Shown in pieces: positions 24,792 to 34,561 of a stretch of 64,000 nucleotides of DNA (the first letter of the stretch is position 1; each line of letters begins with the position of its first letter). The position numbers and the translations under genes were made by a program. This DNA comes from Ranitomeya imitator. Its lineage: Eukaryota. Location of the stretch: assembly GCF_032444005.1 (NCBI RefSeq), contig NC_091285.1, positions 471,572,001 to 471,636,000 of the forward strand, given 5' to 3'. The notes below the pieces were generated by a model, which was not told the DNA's origin, did not search any database, and was given only the letters and a program-made list of their open reading frames with translations.

Positions 24792-27700
24792 GTACCCCCC
24801 CCTTGAGGAGGGGTCACCGAACCCTCACCAGAGCCCCCAGGCCGACCAGGATGAGCCAAATGAAAGGCACGAACCAGATCGGCAGCATGAACATCAGAGG
24901 CAAAGACCCAGGAATTATCTTCCTGACCATAACCCTTCCACTTAACCAGGTACTGGAGTTTCCGTCTCGAAATACGAGAATCCAAAATCTTCTCCACTAT
25001 ATACTCCAACTCCCCCTCAACCAAAAGCGGGGCAGGAGGATCAACGGATGGAACCACAGGTGCCACGTATCTCCGCAACAATGACCTATGGAATACGTTA
25101 TGGATGGAAAAAGAAGCTGGAAGGGTCAAACGAAAAGACACAGGATTAAGAACCTTAGAAATCCTATACGGACCAATGAAACGAGGCTTAAACTTAGGAG
25201 AGGAAACTTTCATAGGAATATAACGAGATGACAACCAAACCAAATCCCCAACACGAAGTCGGGGACCCACACAGCGCCTGCGGTTAGCGAAACGTTGAGC
25301 CTTCTCCTGGGACAATGTCAAATTGTCCACTACATGAGTCCAAATCTGCTGCAACCTATCCACCACAGTATCCACACCATGACAGTCTGAAGACTCAACC
25401 TGCCCTGAAGAGAAACGAGGATGGAAACCAGAATTGCAGAAAAACGGCGAAACCAAAGTAGCCGAGCTGGCCCGATTATTAAGGGCGAAATCAGCCAAAG
25501 ACAAAAAGGACACCCAATCATCCTGATCAGCAGAAACAAAACATCTCAGATATGTTTCCAAGGTCTGATTGGTTCGTTCAGTCTGGCCATTTGTCTGAGG
25601 ATGGAAAGCTGAGGAAAAAGACAAATCAATGCCCATCCTAGCACAAAAGGCTCGCCAAAACCTCGAAACAAACTGGGAACCTCTGTCAGAAACGATGTTC
25701 TCCGGAATGCCATGTAAACGAACCACATGCTGGAAGAACAATGGCACCAAATCAGAGGAGGAAGGCAATTTAGACAAGGGTACCAAATGGACCATCTTAG
25801 AGAAGCGATCACAGACCACCCAAATGACCGACATTTTTTGAGAGACGGGGAGATCCGAAATAAAATCCATAGAGATATGTGTCCAGGGTCTCTTCGGGAC
25901 CGGCAAGGGCAAAAGCAACCCACTGGCACGAGAACAGCAGGGCTTAGCCCGAGCACAAGTCCCACAGGACTGCACAAACGAACGCACATCCCGCGACAGA
26001 GACGGCCACCAAAAGGATCTAGCCACCAAATCTCTGGTACCAAAGATTCCAGGATGACCAGCCAACACCGAACAATGAACCTCAGAGATAACTCTACTCG
26101 TCCATCTATCAGGGACAAACAGTTTCTCCGCTGGGCAACGGTCAGGTCTATCGGCCTGAAATTTTTGCAGCACCCGCCGCAAATCAGGGGAGATGGCAGA
26201 CAAAATTACCCCCTCTCTGAGAATACCCGCCGGCTCAGGCAAACCCGGAGAGTCGGGCACAAAACTCCTAGACAGGGCATCCGCCTTCACATTTTTAGAG
26301 CCCGGAAGGTACAAAACCACAAAGTCAAAACGGGAGAAAAACAGCGACCAACGAGCCTGTCTAGGATTCAACCGTTTGGCAGACTCGAGATAAGTCAGGT
26401 TCTTGTGATCAGTCAAGACCACCACGCGATGCTTAGCTCCTTCAAGCCAATGACGCCACTCCTCGAATGCCCACTTCATGGCCAGCAACTCTCGATTGCC
26501 AACATCATAATTACGCTCAGCAGGCAAAAACTTCCTGGAAAAGAAGGCGCATTGTTTCATCACCGAGCCATCAGAACTTCTTTGCGACAAAACAGCCCCT
26601 GCTCCAATCTCAGAAGCATCAACCTCGACCTGGAACGGGAGCGAAACATCTGGTTGGCACAATACAGGGGCCGAAGAAAAACGACGCTTCAACTCCTGAA
26701 AAGCTTCCACAGCAGCAGAAGACCAATTGACCACATCAGCACCCTTCTTGGTTAAATCAGTCAACGGTTTAGCAATACTAGAAAAATTATTGATGAGGCG
26801 ACGATAAAAATTAGCAAAGCCCAGGAACTTTTGCAGACTCTTCAGAGACGTCGCCTGAGTCCAATCATAAATGGCCTGAACTTTAACAGGGTCCATCTCG
26901 ATAGTAGAAGGGGAAAAAATGAAACCCAAAAATGAAACCTTCTGAACACCAAAGAGACACTTTGACCCCTTCACAAACAAAGAATTCGCACGCAGGACCT
27001 GGAACACCATTCTAACCTGCTTCACGTGAGACTCCCAATCATCCGAGAAGACCAAAATATCATCCAAGTATACAATCAGGAATTTATCCAGGTACTCTCG
27101 GAAGATGTCATGCATAAAGGACTGAAATACTGATGGAGCATTAGAAAGCCCGAATGGCATAACCAGGTACTCAAAATGGCCCTCGGGCGTATTAAATGCT
27201 GTTTTCCATTCATCGCCCTGTTTAATGCGCACAAGATTATACGCACCACGAAGATCTATCTTGGTGAACCAACTAGCGCCCTTAATCCGAGCAAACAAAT
27301 CAGACATCAGCGGCAAGGGGTACTGAAATTTGACTGTGATTTTATTTAGAAGGCGGTAATCAATACAAGGTCTCAGCGAACCATCCTTCTTGGCCACAAA
27401 AAAGAACCCTGCTCCCAATGGCGACGACGACGGACGAATATGACCCTTCTCCAAGGATTCCTTTACGTAACTCCGCATAGCGGCGTGCTCAGGCACAGAC
27501 AAATTAAACAGTCGACCTTTAGGAAACTTACTACCAGGAATCAAATCGATAGCACAATCGCAATCCCTATGCGGAGGTAGGGCACTGGACTTGGGCTCAT
27601 CAAACACATCCCGGTAATCCGACAAAAACTCTGGGACCTCAGAAGGGGTGGATGATGAAATAGACAGAAATGGAACATCACCATGTACCCCCTGACTACC

Positions 27701-28510
27701 CCAGCTGGACACAGACATTGATTTCCAATCCAAAACTGGGTTATGGACTTGTAGCCATGGCAACCCCAACACGACCACATCATGCAGATTATGCAACACC
27801 AAAAAGCGAATATCATCCTGATGCGCAGGAGCCATGCACATGGTCAGCTGGGTCCAGTACTGAGGCTTATTCTTGGCCAAAGGCGTAGCATCAATTCCTC
27901 TCAATGGAATAGGATACTGCAAGGGCTCCAAGAAAAACCCACAGCGCCTAGCAAACTCCAAGTCCATCAAATTCAGGGCAGCGCCTGAATCCACAAATGC
28001 CATGACAGAATAAGATGAAAAAGAGCAGATCAAAGTAACGGACAAAAGAAATTTTGACTGTACCGTACCAATGGTGGCAGACCTAGCGAACCGCTTAGTG
28101 CGCTTGGGACAATCGGAGATAGCATGAGTGGAATCAACACAGTAAAAACACAGCCCATTCTGACGTCTGTGTTCTTGCCGTTCAGCTCTGGTCAAAGTCC
28201 TATCGCATTGCATAGGCTCAGGTTTATGCTCAGATAATACCGCCAAATGGTGCACAGTTTTACGCTCACGCAAGCGTCGATCGATCTGAATGGCCAAAGA
28301 CATAGACTCATTCAGACCAGCAGGCATAGGAAATCCCACCATGACATCCTTAAGGGCTTCAGAGAGACCCTTTCTGAAAATTGCTGCCAGCGCACATTCA
28401 TTCCATTGAGTGAGCACAGACCACTTCCTAAACTTCTGACAATATATCTCTACCTCATCCTGACCCTGACACAGAGCCAGCAAATTTTTCTCTGTCTGAT
28501 CCACTGAATT
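24623..28510 (-). CDS. Gag C-terminus plus Pol (protease, RT, RNase H, integrase, chromodomain), open frame
   Basis: CFYCVDSTHAISDC knuckle; FVDSGA protease; YLDD RT; HISMDF...VSDRG...GQTERTN integrase; EYIVEKILDSR...YLVKWKGY chromodomain. Confidence 0.92.
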   Translation of the reverse strand, partial: NSVDQTEKNLLALCQGQDEVEIYCQKFRKWSVLTQWNECALAAIFRKGLSEALKDVMVGFPMPAGLNESMSLAIQIDRRLRERKTVHHLAVLSEHKPEPMQCDRTLTRAERQEHRRQNGLCFYCVDSTHAISDCPKRTKRFARSATIGTVQSKFLLSVTLICSFSSYSVMAFVDSGAALNLMDLEFARRCGFFLEPLQYPIPLRGIDATPLAKNKPQYWTQLTMCMAPAHQDDIRFLVLHNLHDVVVLGLPWLQVHNPVLDWKSMSVSSWGSQGVHGDVPFLSISSSTPSEVPEFLSDYRDVFDEPKSSALPPHRDCDCAIDLIPGSKFPKGRLFNLSVPEHAAMRSYVKESLEKGHIRPSSSPLGAGFFFVAKKDGSLRPCIDYRLLNKITVKFQYPLPLMSDLFARIKGASWFTKIDLRGAYNLVRIKQGDEWKTAFNTPEGHFEYLVMPFGLSNAPSVFQSFMHDIFREYLDKFLIVYLDDILVFSDDWESHVKQVRMVFQVLRANSLFVKGSKCLFGVQKVSFLGFIFSPSTIEMDPVKVQAIYDWTQATSLKSLQKFLGFANFYRRLINNFSSIAKPLTDLTKKGADVVNWSSAAVEAFQELKRRFSSAPVLCQPDVSLPFQVEVDASEIGAGAVLSQRSSDGSVMKQCAFFSRKFLPAERNYDVGNRELLAMKWAFEEWRHWLEGAKHRVVVLTDHKNLTYLESAKRLNPRQARWSLFFSRFDFVVLYLPGSKNVKADALSRSFVPDSPGLPEPAGILREGVILSAISPDLRRVLQKFQADRPDRCPAEKLFVPDRWTSRVISEVHCSVLAGHPGIFGTRDLVARSFWWPSLSRDVRSFVQSCGTCARAKPCCSRASGLLLPLPVPKRPWTHISMDFISDLPVSQKMSVIWVVCDRFSKMVHLVPLSKLPSSSDLVPLFFQHVVRLHGIPENIVSDRGSQFVSRFWRAFCARMGIDLSFSSAFHPQTNGQTERTNQTLETYLRCFVSADQDDWVSFLSLADFALNNRASSATLVSPFFCNSGFHPRFSSGQVESSDCHGVDTVVDRLQQIWTHVVDNLTLSQEKAQRFANRRRCVGPRLRVGDLVWLSSRYIPMKVSSPKFKPRFIGPYRISKVLNPVSFRLTLPASFSIHNVFHRSLLRRYVAPVVPSVDPPAPLLVEGELEYIVEKILDSRISRRKLQYLVKWKGYGQEDNSWVFASDVHAADLVRAFHLAHPGRPGGSGEGSVTPPQGGGTVVNSVVKLPPVVMSGTSAGSVYELPLVDVSGAAASEFPSSGDEVKSLGAALFNST

Positions 28511-28514
28511 AGAT

Positions 28515-28844
28515 TCAGAATCCGAGCACCAGAAAAAACGCATCAGTATTACATAATGCAGGATCTCCTGGCGCAAGGGAAAATGCCCAGTCTTGAGGGT
28601 CGCCACGTAATAAAGAAATAATGATCTTAACTTGTTGAACTGGGTCACCAGAGGAGCGGGGTTTCAAAGCCAGAAACAGTTTACAATTATTTTTAAAACT
28701 CAGAAACTTAGCTCTATCTCCAAAAAACAAATCAGGAATAGGAATTCTTGGTTCTAACATAGAATTCTGAACCACAAAGTCTTGAATATTTTGTACTCTT
28801 GCAGTGAGATGATCCACACAAGAAGACAGACCTTTAATGTCCAT
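28515..28844 (-). pseudogene. Gag N-terminus, frameshifted relative to the downstream gag-pol
   Basis: MDIKGLSS...DAFFLVLGF* is homologous to the second copy's MDVQGLFS...DAFFQALGLSYDEPNSVD. A small deletion near 28515 shifts the frame. Confidence 0.85.
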
Positions 28845-28980
28845 CACTACACCTGTGTCCTGAACCACCCAAATGTCTAGGGGAAAAGAAAGACAAAACA
28901 CAGTGCAGAGAAAAAAAAATGGTCTCAGAACTTCTCTTTTCCCTCTATTGAGAAGCATTAGTACTTTGGGCCTCCAGTAC

Positions 28981-29774
28981 TGTTATGAACTAGTGATTCA
29001 GAACCACAAATGACCTAGTGGTTAAGAGCACACAAAGTGACCTGATAGTTACTAATAACATAGGACGAGCTCTGAGACGTGGGAACTCTGCTGACCGCAA
29101 TCCCTAATCCTATCATACCACACTAGAGGTAGCCGTGGAGCGCTCCTGACCAGACCTCGGCGCCTCGGGCACAGCCTGAAAAACTAGCTAGCCCTGAAGA
29201 TAGAAAAATAAGCCTACCTTGCCTCAGAGAAATTCCCCAAAGGAAAAGGCAGCCCCCCACATATAATGACTGTGAGTAAAGATGAAAATACAAACACAGA
29301 GATGAAATAGATTTTAGCAAAGTGAGGCCCGACTTACTGAATAGACCGAGGATAGGAAAGATAGCTTTGCGGTCAGCACAAAAACCTACAAACAACCACG
29401 CAGAGGGCGCAAAAAGACCCTCCGCACCGACTAACGGTACGGAGGTGCTCCCTCTGCGTCTCAGAGCTTCCAGCAAGCAAGAAAAACCAATATAGCAAGC
29501 TGGACAGAAAAAATAGCAAACAAAAGTAACACAAGCAAAACTTAGCTTATGCAGGGCAGGCAGGCCACAAGAACGATCCAGGAGAGAGCGAGACCAATAC
29601 TGGAACTATGTGGAGTTAAATAGAGCAGCACCTAACGACTTAACCTCGTCACCTGAGGAAGGAAACTCAGAAGCTGCAGCCCCACTCACATCCACCAGAG
29701 GAAGCTCATAGACAGAACCAGCCGAAGTACCACTCATGACCACAGGAGGGAGCTTGACCACAGAATTCACAACA
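28981..29774 (-). repeat. 5' LTR (794 bp; 27-bp deletion relative to the 3' LTR)
   Basis: Lacks the sequence found at 24597-24623 of the other LTR; the deletion has GAAC microhomology. Confidence 0.95.
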
Positions 29775-29810
29775 CCAGAGCTGCCACAAATCCAAAAATG
29801 GATCATGACA

Positions 29811-30760
29811 TAATTATAATAATAATTTAATTTATATAGCGTCAACATAATCCTCAGCATTTGACAATTCAGGGTGTACAAGCAATATGAGAGAGTGCAG
29901 AGTAATTCAGCACTTCAAAAAGAAGTGTGAAAGCTCTGCTCAAAAGCTTACAATCTATAAGAAAATAGGGGAAGACAAGTGGTATGTGGTTGAGACATCT
30001 TTGTAATAAATATGTGTATTATTATAAGGCTGCCTGGGCCAGTCACCAGGCACTATCTCTATGTGTACAGATATGAAGTATTATTGAAAACTTAGATTGT
30101 GTGAGAACAGGTGATAGAAGGACCAGACTGTGAAGAAAATGTAGGACGAGACAACTGAAAATTTAAATTAGTAAGTTGATGCAATGGTTGTTGTGAATTT
30201 ATCTGTTTGCCTAGGGTAGTGCATTCCAATGAATTGGGTCATCTTGAGAAACAGTCTTGGATACAGAAGTGAGAGGTTTGGACTGTGAAGGATATTAGAC
30301 CTAAATCATTATCAGAATGGACTGCACAAGTAGGCTGGTAAATCTGAGGGAGGAGATATCTATCTTGCATTTTGTATTGGATGGATAACCATTGGAATCA
30401 GTGATGCAGGGTAGAAGCATTGGTGAAGCAGCTGCATACAAATATGGGAGTTTAGTGAAAGGAAGACCGATTAATAGTGAGCTGCAGTTATCAAGATGAA
30501 AATAAATCTGAGCATGGTGAGCAGAGTTTTAGCAGTTTCAAAAGTAAGAAAAAAGGCCAGATTCCTCAGATGTTTTTGAGGTTCAGATGACAAGTTAGTG
30601 GATATGGACAGTAAAGGAATCATGAGTCAAATATAACTCAAAGACTATGGATGTGCTGCCTGGAAGTGAAAAAAGAGCGAGAGTAGTAAGGATGTAAAGT
30701 CATACACAGCAGTTCTAGAAGAAGACCAGGTCCTATGCATTCCTTTCGTCATGTGTAGGA
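29811..30760 (-). mobile_element. Old L2/CR1-clade LINE 3' remnant
   Basis: (AAT)n-like tail at 29811. The minus strand near 30460-30500 translates as HLDNCSSLLIGLP, similar to the L2 RT motif RLDYCNSLLxGLP. Confidence 0.6.
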
Positions 30761-31761
30761 GAGTTAGTAAGTTGTAAAAGATCTAGAGAGATAGAGATAG
30801 AAAATGTGCGGCAGATGTTGAGATTAAATTATTAGTCTCCAGTGTGAGGCTTTGTGTAGCAGGCCCAGTCTAGCAACAGCATCTTTCCTACTGACTCAAG
30901 TATCAGATGGCACAGTGGGTTCAGACTGAATGGTGGAGAAGGGAGCTGAAAGCATTGCATACAACTGAATCTGTAGATATATTTGAAATTGGGACAAGTT
31001 GCTGACCTCCCAGAACAGCTTTCCAAAACTGGGAATGCCCCAATGGATAAGGGTACAATTGAAAGGTGTGCAGTCATGTAATGGCCTTTACACACTACCG
31101 CTTATTGTGAAAAGTCACCTAAATCAACAGGTGCATTTTAAAATAATCTCTCTTATTCAAACCTATTACATTTATTTTTTGTTTGATCTGTTTAAAGGAA
31201 CAGTTTTTATGTTACTAGATCTAAAGAGCCAGAGGGCAAAGATTACAAATGCATAGTATGAAAACGGACTTAAAGAGACTGCCATAAAATTGGAGATTTT
31301 AAATGGTTGTCAAATTGTCCAGCTCTAAAGCAGATTCAGAGAACAGTCTTTGAGAATCCTAAAATCTCATCATCACTGATTTCACATGGCATGAGTCTGC
31401 TAGATTTAGAAGGAGACTACATAAATGACATCTACATAAAGAGTTGTGCAAGGAGTAAATCTTTACTATCCAAAAAGAAAATCAATGTCACACTACAGTA
31501 AAGTTTACTCATTAACAGACAAAGCAAAGATATGTAATTAGACACAGTATGAGAAGACATATTTGGCAAAAAACAAAGGCAAAATAAAAACCTGATACCA
31601 ACTATAAACCATAGTTTTGAGGGCTTGGATGTTCTATGATGCACCATGGCCTGATGAGCTCAGTCATAGAGGGACTATACAACATGTGGTATGTAGTGTT
31701 TTAGCCTGGATATACAACAGTGGAGGACATAGATAGGAAAGGCCCCTGTGCAAGATCATTA

Positions 31762-33175
31762 CAACCCCTGGCAAAAATTATGTAATAACCGGCCTTGGAG
31801 GATAGTCAGTCAGTTGTTTAATTTTGTAGAAAAAAAAAGATCACAGACATGGCACAAAACTAAAGTAATTTCAAATGGCAACTTTCTGGCTTTAAGAAAC
31901 ACTAAAAGAAATCAAGAACCAAAAATGTGGTAGTCAGTAATGGTTGCTTTTTTTTTTTTAACCAGGCATAGGGGAAAAAGTATGGAATCTCTCTGTAAAT
32001 TTTAATTCCCAAAACTAATACCTGCATCAAATTAGATCTGCTCGTTAGTCTGCATCTAATCAGGAGTGATCACACCTTGGAGAGCTGTTGCACCAAGTGG
32101 ACTGACATGAATCATGGCTCCAACACGAGCGATGTCAAGTGAAGCAAAGGAGAGGATTATCAAACTCTTAAAAGAGGGTAAATCATCACACAATGTTGCA
32201 AAAGATGTTGGTTGTTCACAGTCAGTGGTGTCTAAAATCTGGACCAAATACAAACATGGGAAGGTTGTTAAAGGCAAACATACTGGTAAAACAAGGAAGA
32301 CCTCAAAGAGTCAAGACCAGAAACTAAAGCAATATGTCTCCAATACAGGAAATGCACAACAAAACAAATGAGGAACAAATGGGTGGAAACTGGAGTCAAT
32401 GTTTGTGACCGAACTATAAAAAAATGCCTAAATGAAATGGGATTTACATACAGAATAGCTAAATGAAAGCGATCATTAACACCTAAACAGAAAACAAGGT
32501 TACAGTGGGCTAAGGAAAAACCATCGTGGACTGTGGATGACTGGATGAAAGTCATATTCAGTGAGGAATCGCGAATCTGCATTGGGCCAAGTGATGATGC
32601 TGGAACTTTTGTTTGGTGCCGTTCCAATGAGATTTATAAAGATGACTGCCTGAAGAGAACATGCAAATTTCCACAGTCATTGATAATGTGGGGCTGCATA
32701 TCAGGTAAAGGCACTGGGGAGATGGCTGTCATTACATCTTCAATAAATGCACAAGTTTATGTTGATATTTTGGACACATTTCTTATCCCATCAATTGGAA
32801 GGATGTTTGGGGATGATGAAATAATTTTTCAAGATGATAATGTATCCTGCCATAGAGCAAAAACTGTGAAAACATTCCTTGAAAAAAGACACATAAGGTC
32901 AATGTCATGGCCTGCAAATAGTCTGGATCTCAATCCAATTGAAAATCTTTGGTGGAAGTTGAAGAAAATGGTCCATGGCAAGGCTCCAACCTGCAAAGCT
33001 GATCTGATAACAGCAATCAGAGAAAGTTGGAGCCATATTGATGAAGAGTACTGTTTGACACTCGTTAAGTCCATGCCTCTGAGACTGCAAGCTGTTATAA
33101 AAGCCAGAGGTGGTGCAACAAAATACTAGTGATGTGTTGGAGTGTTTTTTTTGTGTGTTTGTTTTTCATGATTCC
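31762..33175 (+). mobile_element. Tc1/mariner transposon, right TIR truncated
   Basis: TA|CAACCCCTGGCAAAAATTATG left end; transposase pseudogene; ends at CATGATTCC, before the outer part of the right TIR. Confidence 0.88.
32114..33129 (+). pseudogene. Tc1 transposase (DD34E), frameshifted; first Asp changed to Glu
   Basis: Paired-like N-terminus MAPTRAMSSEAKERII; FSEES; FQDDN followed by 34 residues then E in NPIENLW. Confidence 0.9.
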
Positions 33176-33882
33176 TGAATTGTTGGTTTTTGTTTATTGT
33201 GCCCCCCAAAAATCGGAATAGAAAGCAATCAAAAAATGTAATGAGCTGAAAATGGTACCAATAAAAATTCATCCTGCAAAAAACAAGCTCTCACATGATT
33301 TTGTCATCAACTAGCTTTTGCAATAAAAAGCGTTTTTTAGTGTCTGGCAGCAGCCAAATAGAAAAAAAAACTATATAAATCTGTTATAGCTGAAATTGCA
33401 CCAACCCGAAAAATAAAATTGTCTAGTCGCTTATACCGCACAGGGTATGGCATAAAAAATAAAACAATTCTTTACCTGCTGTTGATTTGTTCATTTTGCC
33501 ACTCAAAGATCGCTGTAAGGCTTGGCTCGCATTTATCATGCGCTCTACGCTGAGCGCTTACATCGGGGTTTCCGTGTAAATTTCTGAAATACTTGATTCA
33601 GAAGTAATACCCAGTGGAAGGTTCACTTTATTGAGGCAGATGGAGTCACTGTGGATGTCGTTAGACCTGTGATCTGGCGGTGTCCATCTTTTTATTAGGA
33701 GTACATAAAAGTGCAGTCCGCCACAGTTTTCTCTACCTCTCTAAAAAAGTATACCGCTTTACAGGGGCCATGCAGAGTTCAGAGTAATTCTGCTGCTCAT
33801 TATAGTGAATAGATGCCTGAGGGGGTTCATCAGAATTATGTCTCTCGAAGATTTAATGGGAAACCTAAATGTAAGTGTTCAG

Positions 33883-34192
33883 TTGTGATGAGCGAATATA
33901 CTCGTTACTCGAGATTTCCCGAGCATGCTCGGGAGTCCTCCGAGTATTTTTTAGTGCTCAGCTTTAGTTTTTCTTGCCGCAGCTGAATCATTTACATCTG
34001 TTAGCCAGCATAAGTACATGTGGGGGTTCCCTAGCAACCAGGTCACCCCCACATGTACGTATGCTGGCTAACAGATGTAAATCATTCAGCTGCAGCAAGA
34101 AAAACTAAAACTCCGAGCACTAAAAAAATATTTGGAGGACTCCTGAGCATGCTCGAAAAATGTTGAGTAACGAGTATATTTGCTCATCACTA
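33883..34192. mobile_element. hAT MITE (310 bp)
   Basis: TIRs T(T/A)GTGATGAGC / GCTCATCACTA; 8-bp TSD GTGTTCAG on both sides. Confidence 0.92.
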
Positions 34193-34285
34193 GTGTTCAG
34201 CGTAGAGCCCAGGATAAATGTGATCCAATATGTTATGTAAAATGTCCCCAATAAAAGCTTTAACTCAGTCCACATAAAAAAGCAA

Positions 34286-34561
34286 TCCACCAATAGAAAA
34301 ATAGCCGACAGCACTACAGATATGTGAATGCAAGTCCTAGTTCCACTGGACCCAATGGAAAAGTACATACCAAAAAGAAGTGAAGGACACCATCCAATCC
34401 GGGGAAAAATCATGAATTCTTTATTTTGCCAGATGCAACGTTTCAACCATTACAGGTGATGCTTGAAAAAGACCTGTAATGGTTGAAACGTTGCATCTAG
34501 CAAAATAAAGAATTCATGATTTTTCACCCGGACTGGATGCTGTCCTTCACTTCTTTTTTTT
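34286..34561 (-). mobile_element. Fold-back HHR-bearing mini-element (PLE-derived), 276 bp
   Basis: Inverted arms 34372-34457 and 34472-34558 (about 95% identical); unpaired tail 34286-34371; flanks CACATAAAAAAGCAA / CACTTAAAAAAACAA (13 of 15 identical). Confidence 0.7.
34458..34497 (+). ncRNA. Hammerhead-like motif with variant core UUGAAAA
   Basis: GATGC-TTGAAAA-A-GACC-tgtaat-GGTT-GAAA-CG-TT-GCATC. Confidence 0.55.

Larger units (their letters stand above)
23971..29774 (-). mobile_element. Ty3/Gypsy chromovirus LTR retrotransposon, near full length
   Basis: Two TG...CA LTRs; CCAGAG on both flanks (23965-23970, 29775-29780); PPT AAGGGGGGGGTAC before the 3' LTR; gag-pol with chromodomain. 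Confidence 0.97.

Noticed and set aside
25727-26755. 342-aa plus-strand ORF, and similar antisense ORFs over both Gypsy pol genes and the Harbinger genes
   Set aside because: They are shadow frames opposite real coding sequence, with no recognisable motifs.
28960-28980. tRNA primer-binding site (TGG at +5)
   Set aside because: I could not match it to a tRNA 3' end, the second element has no TGG at that position, and LTR self-complementarity explains both.
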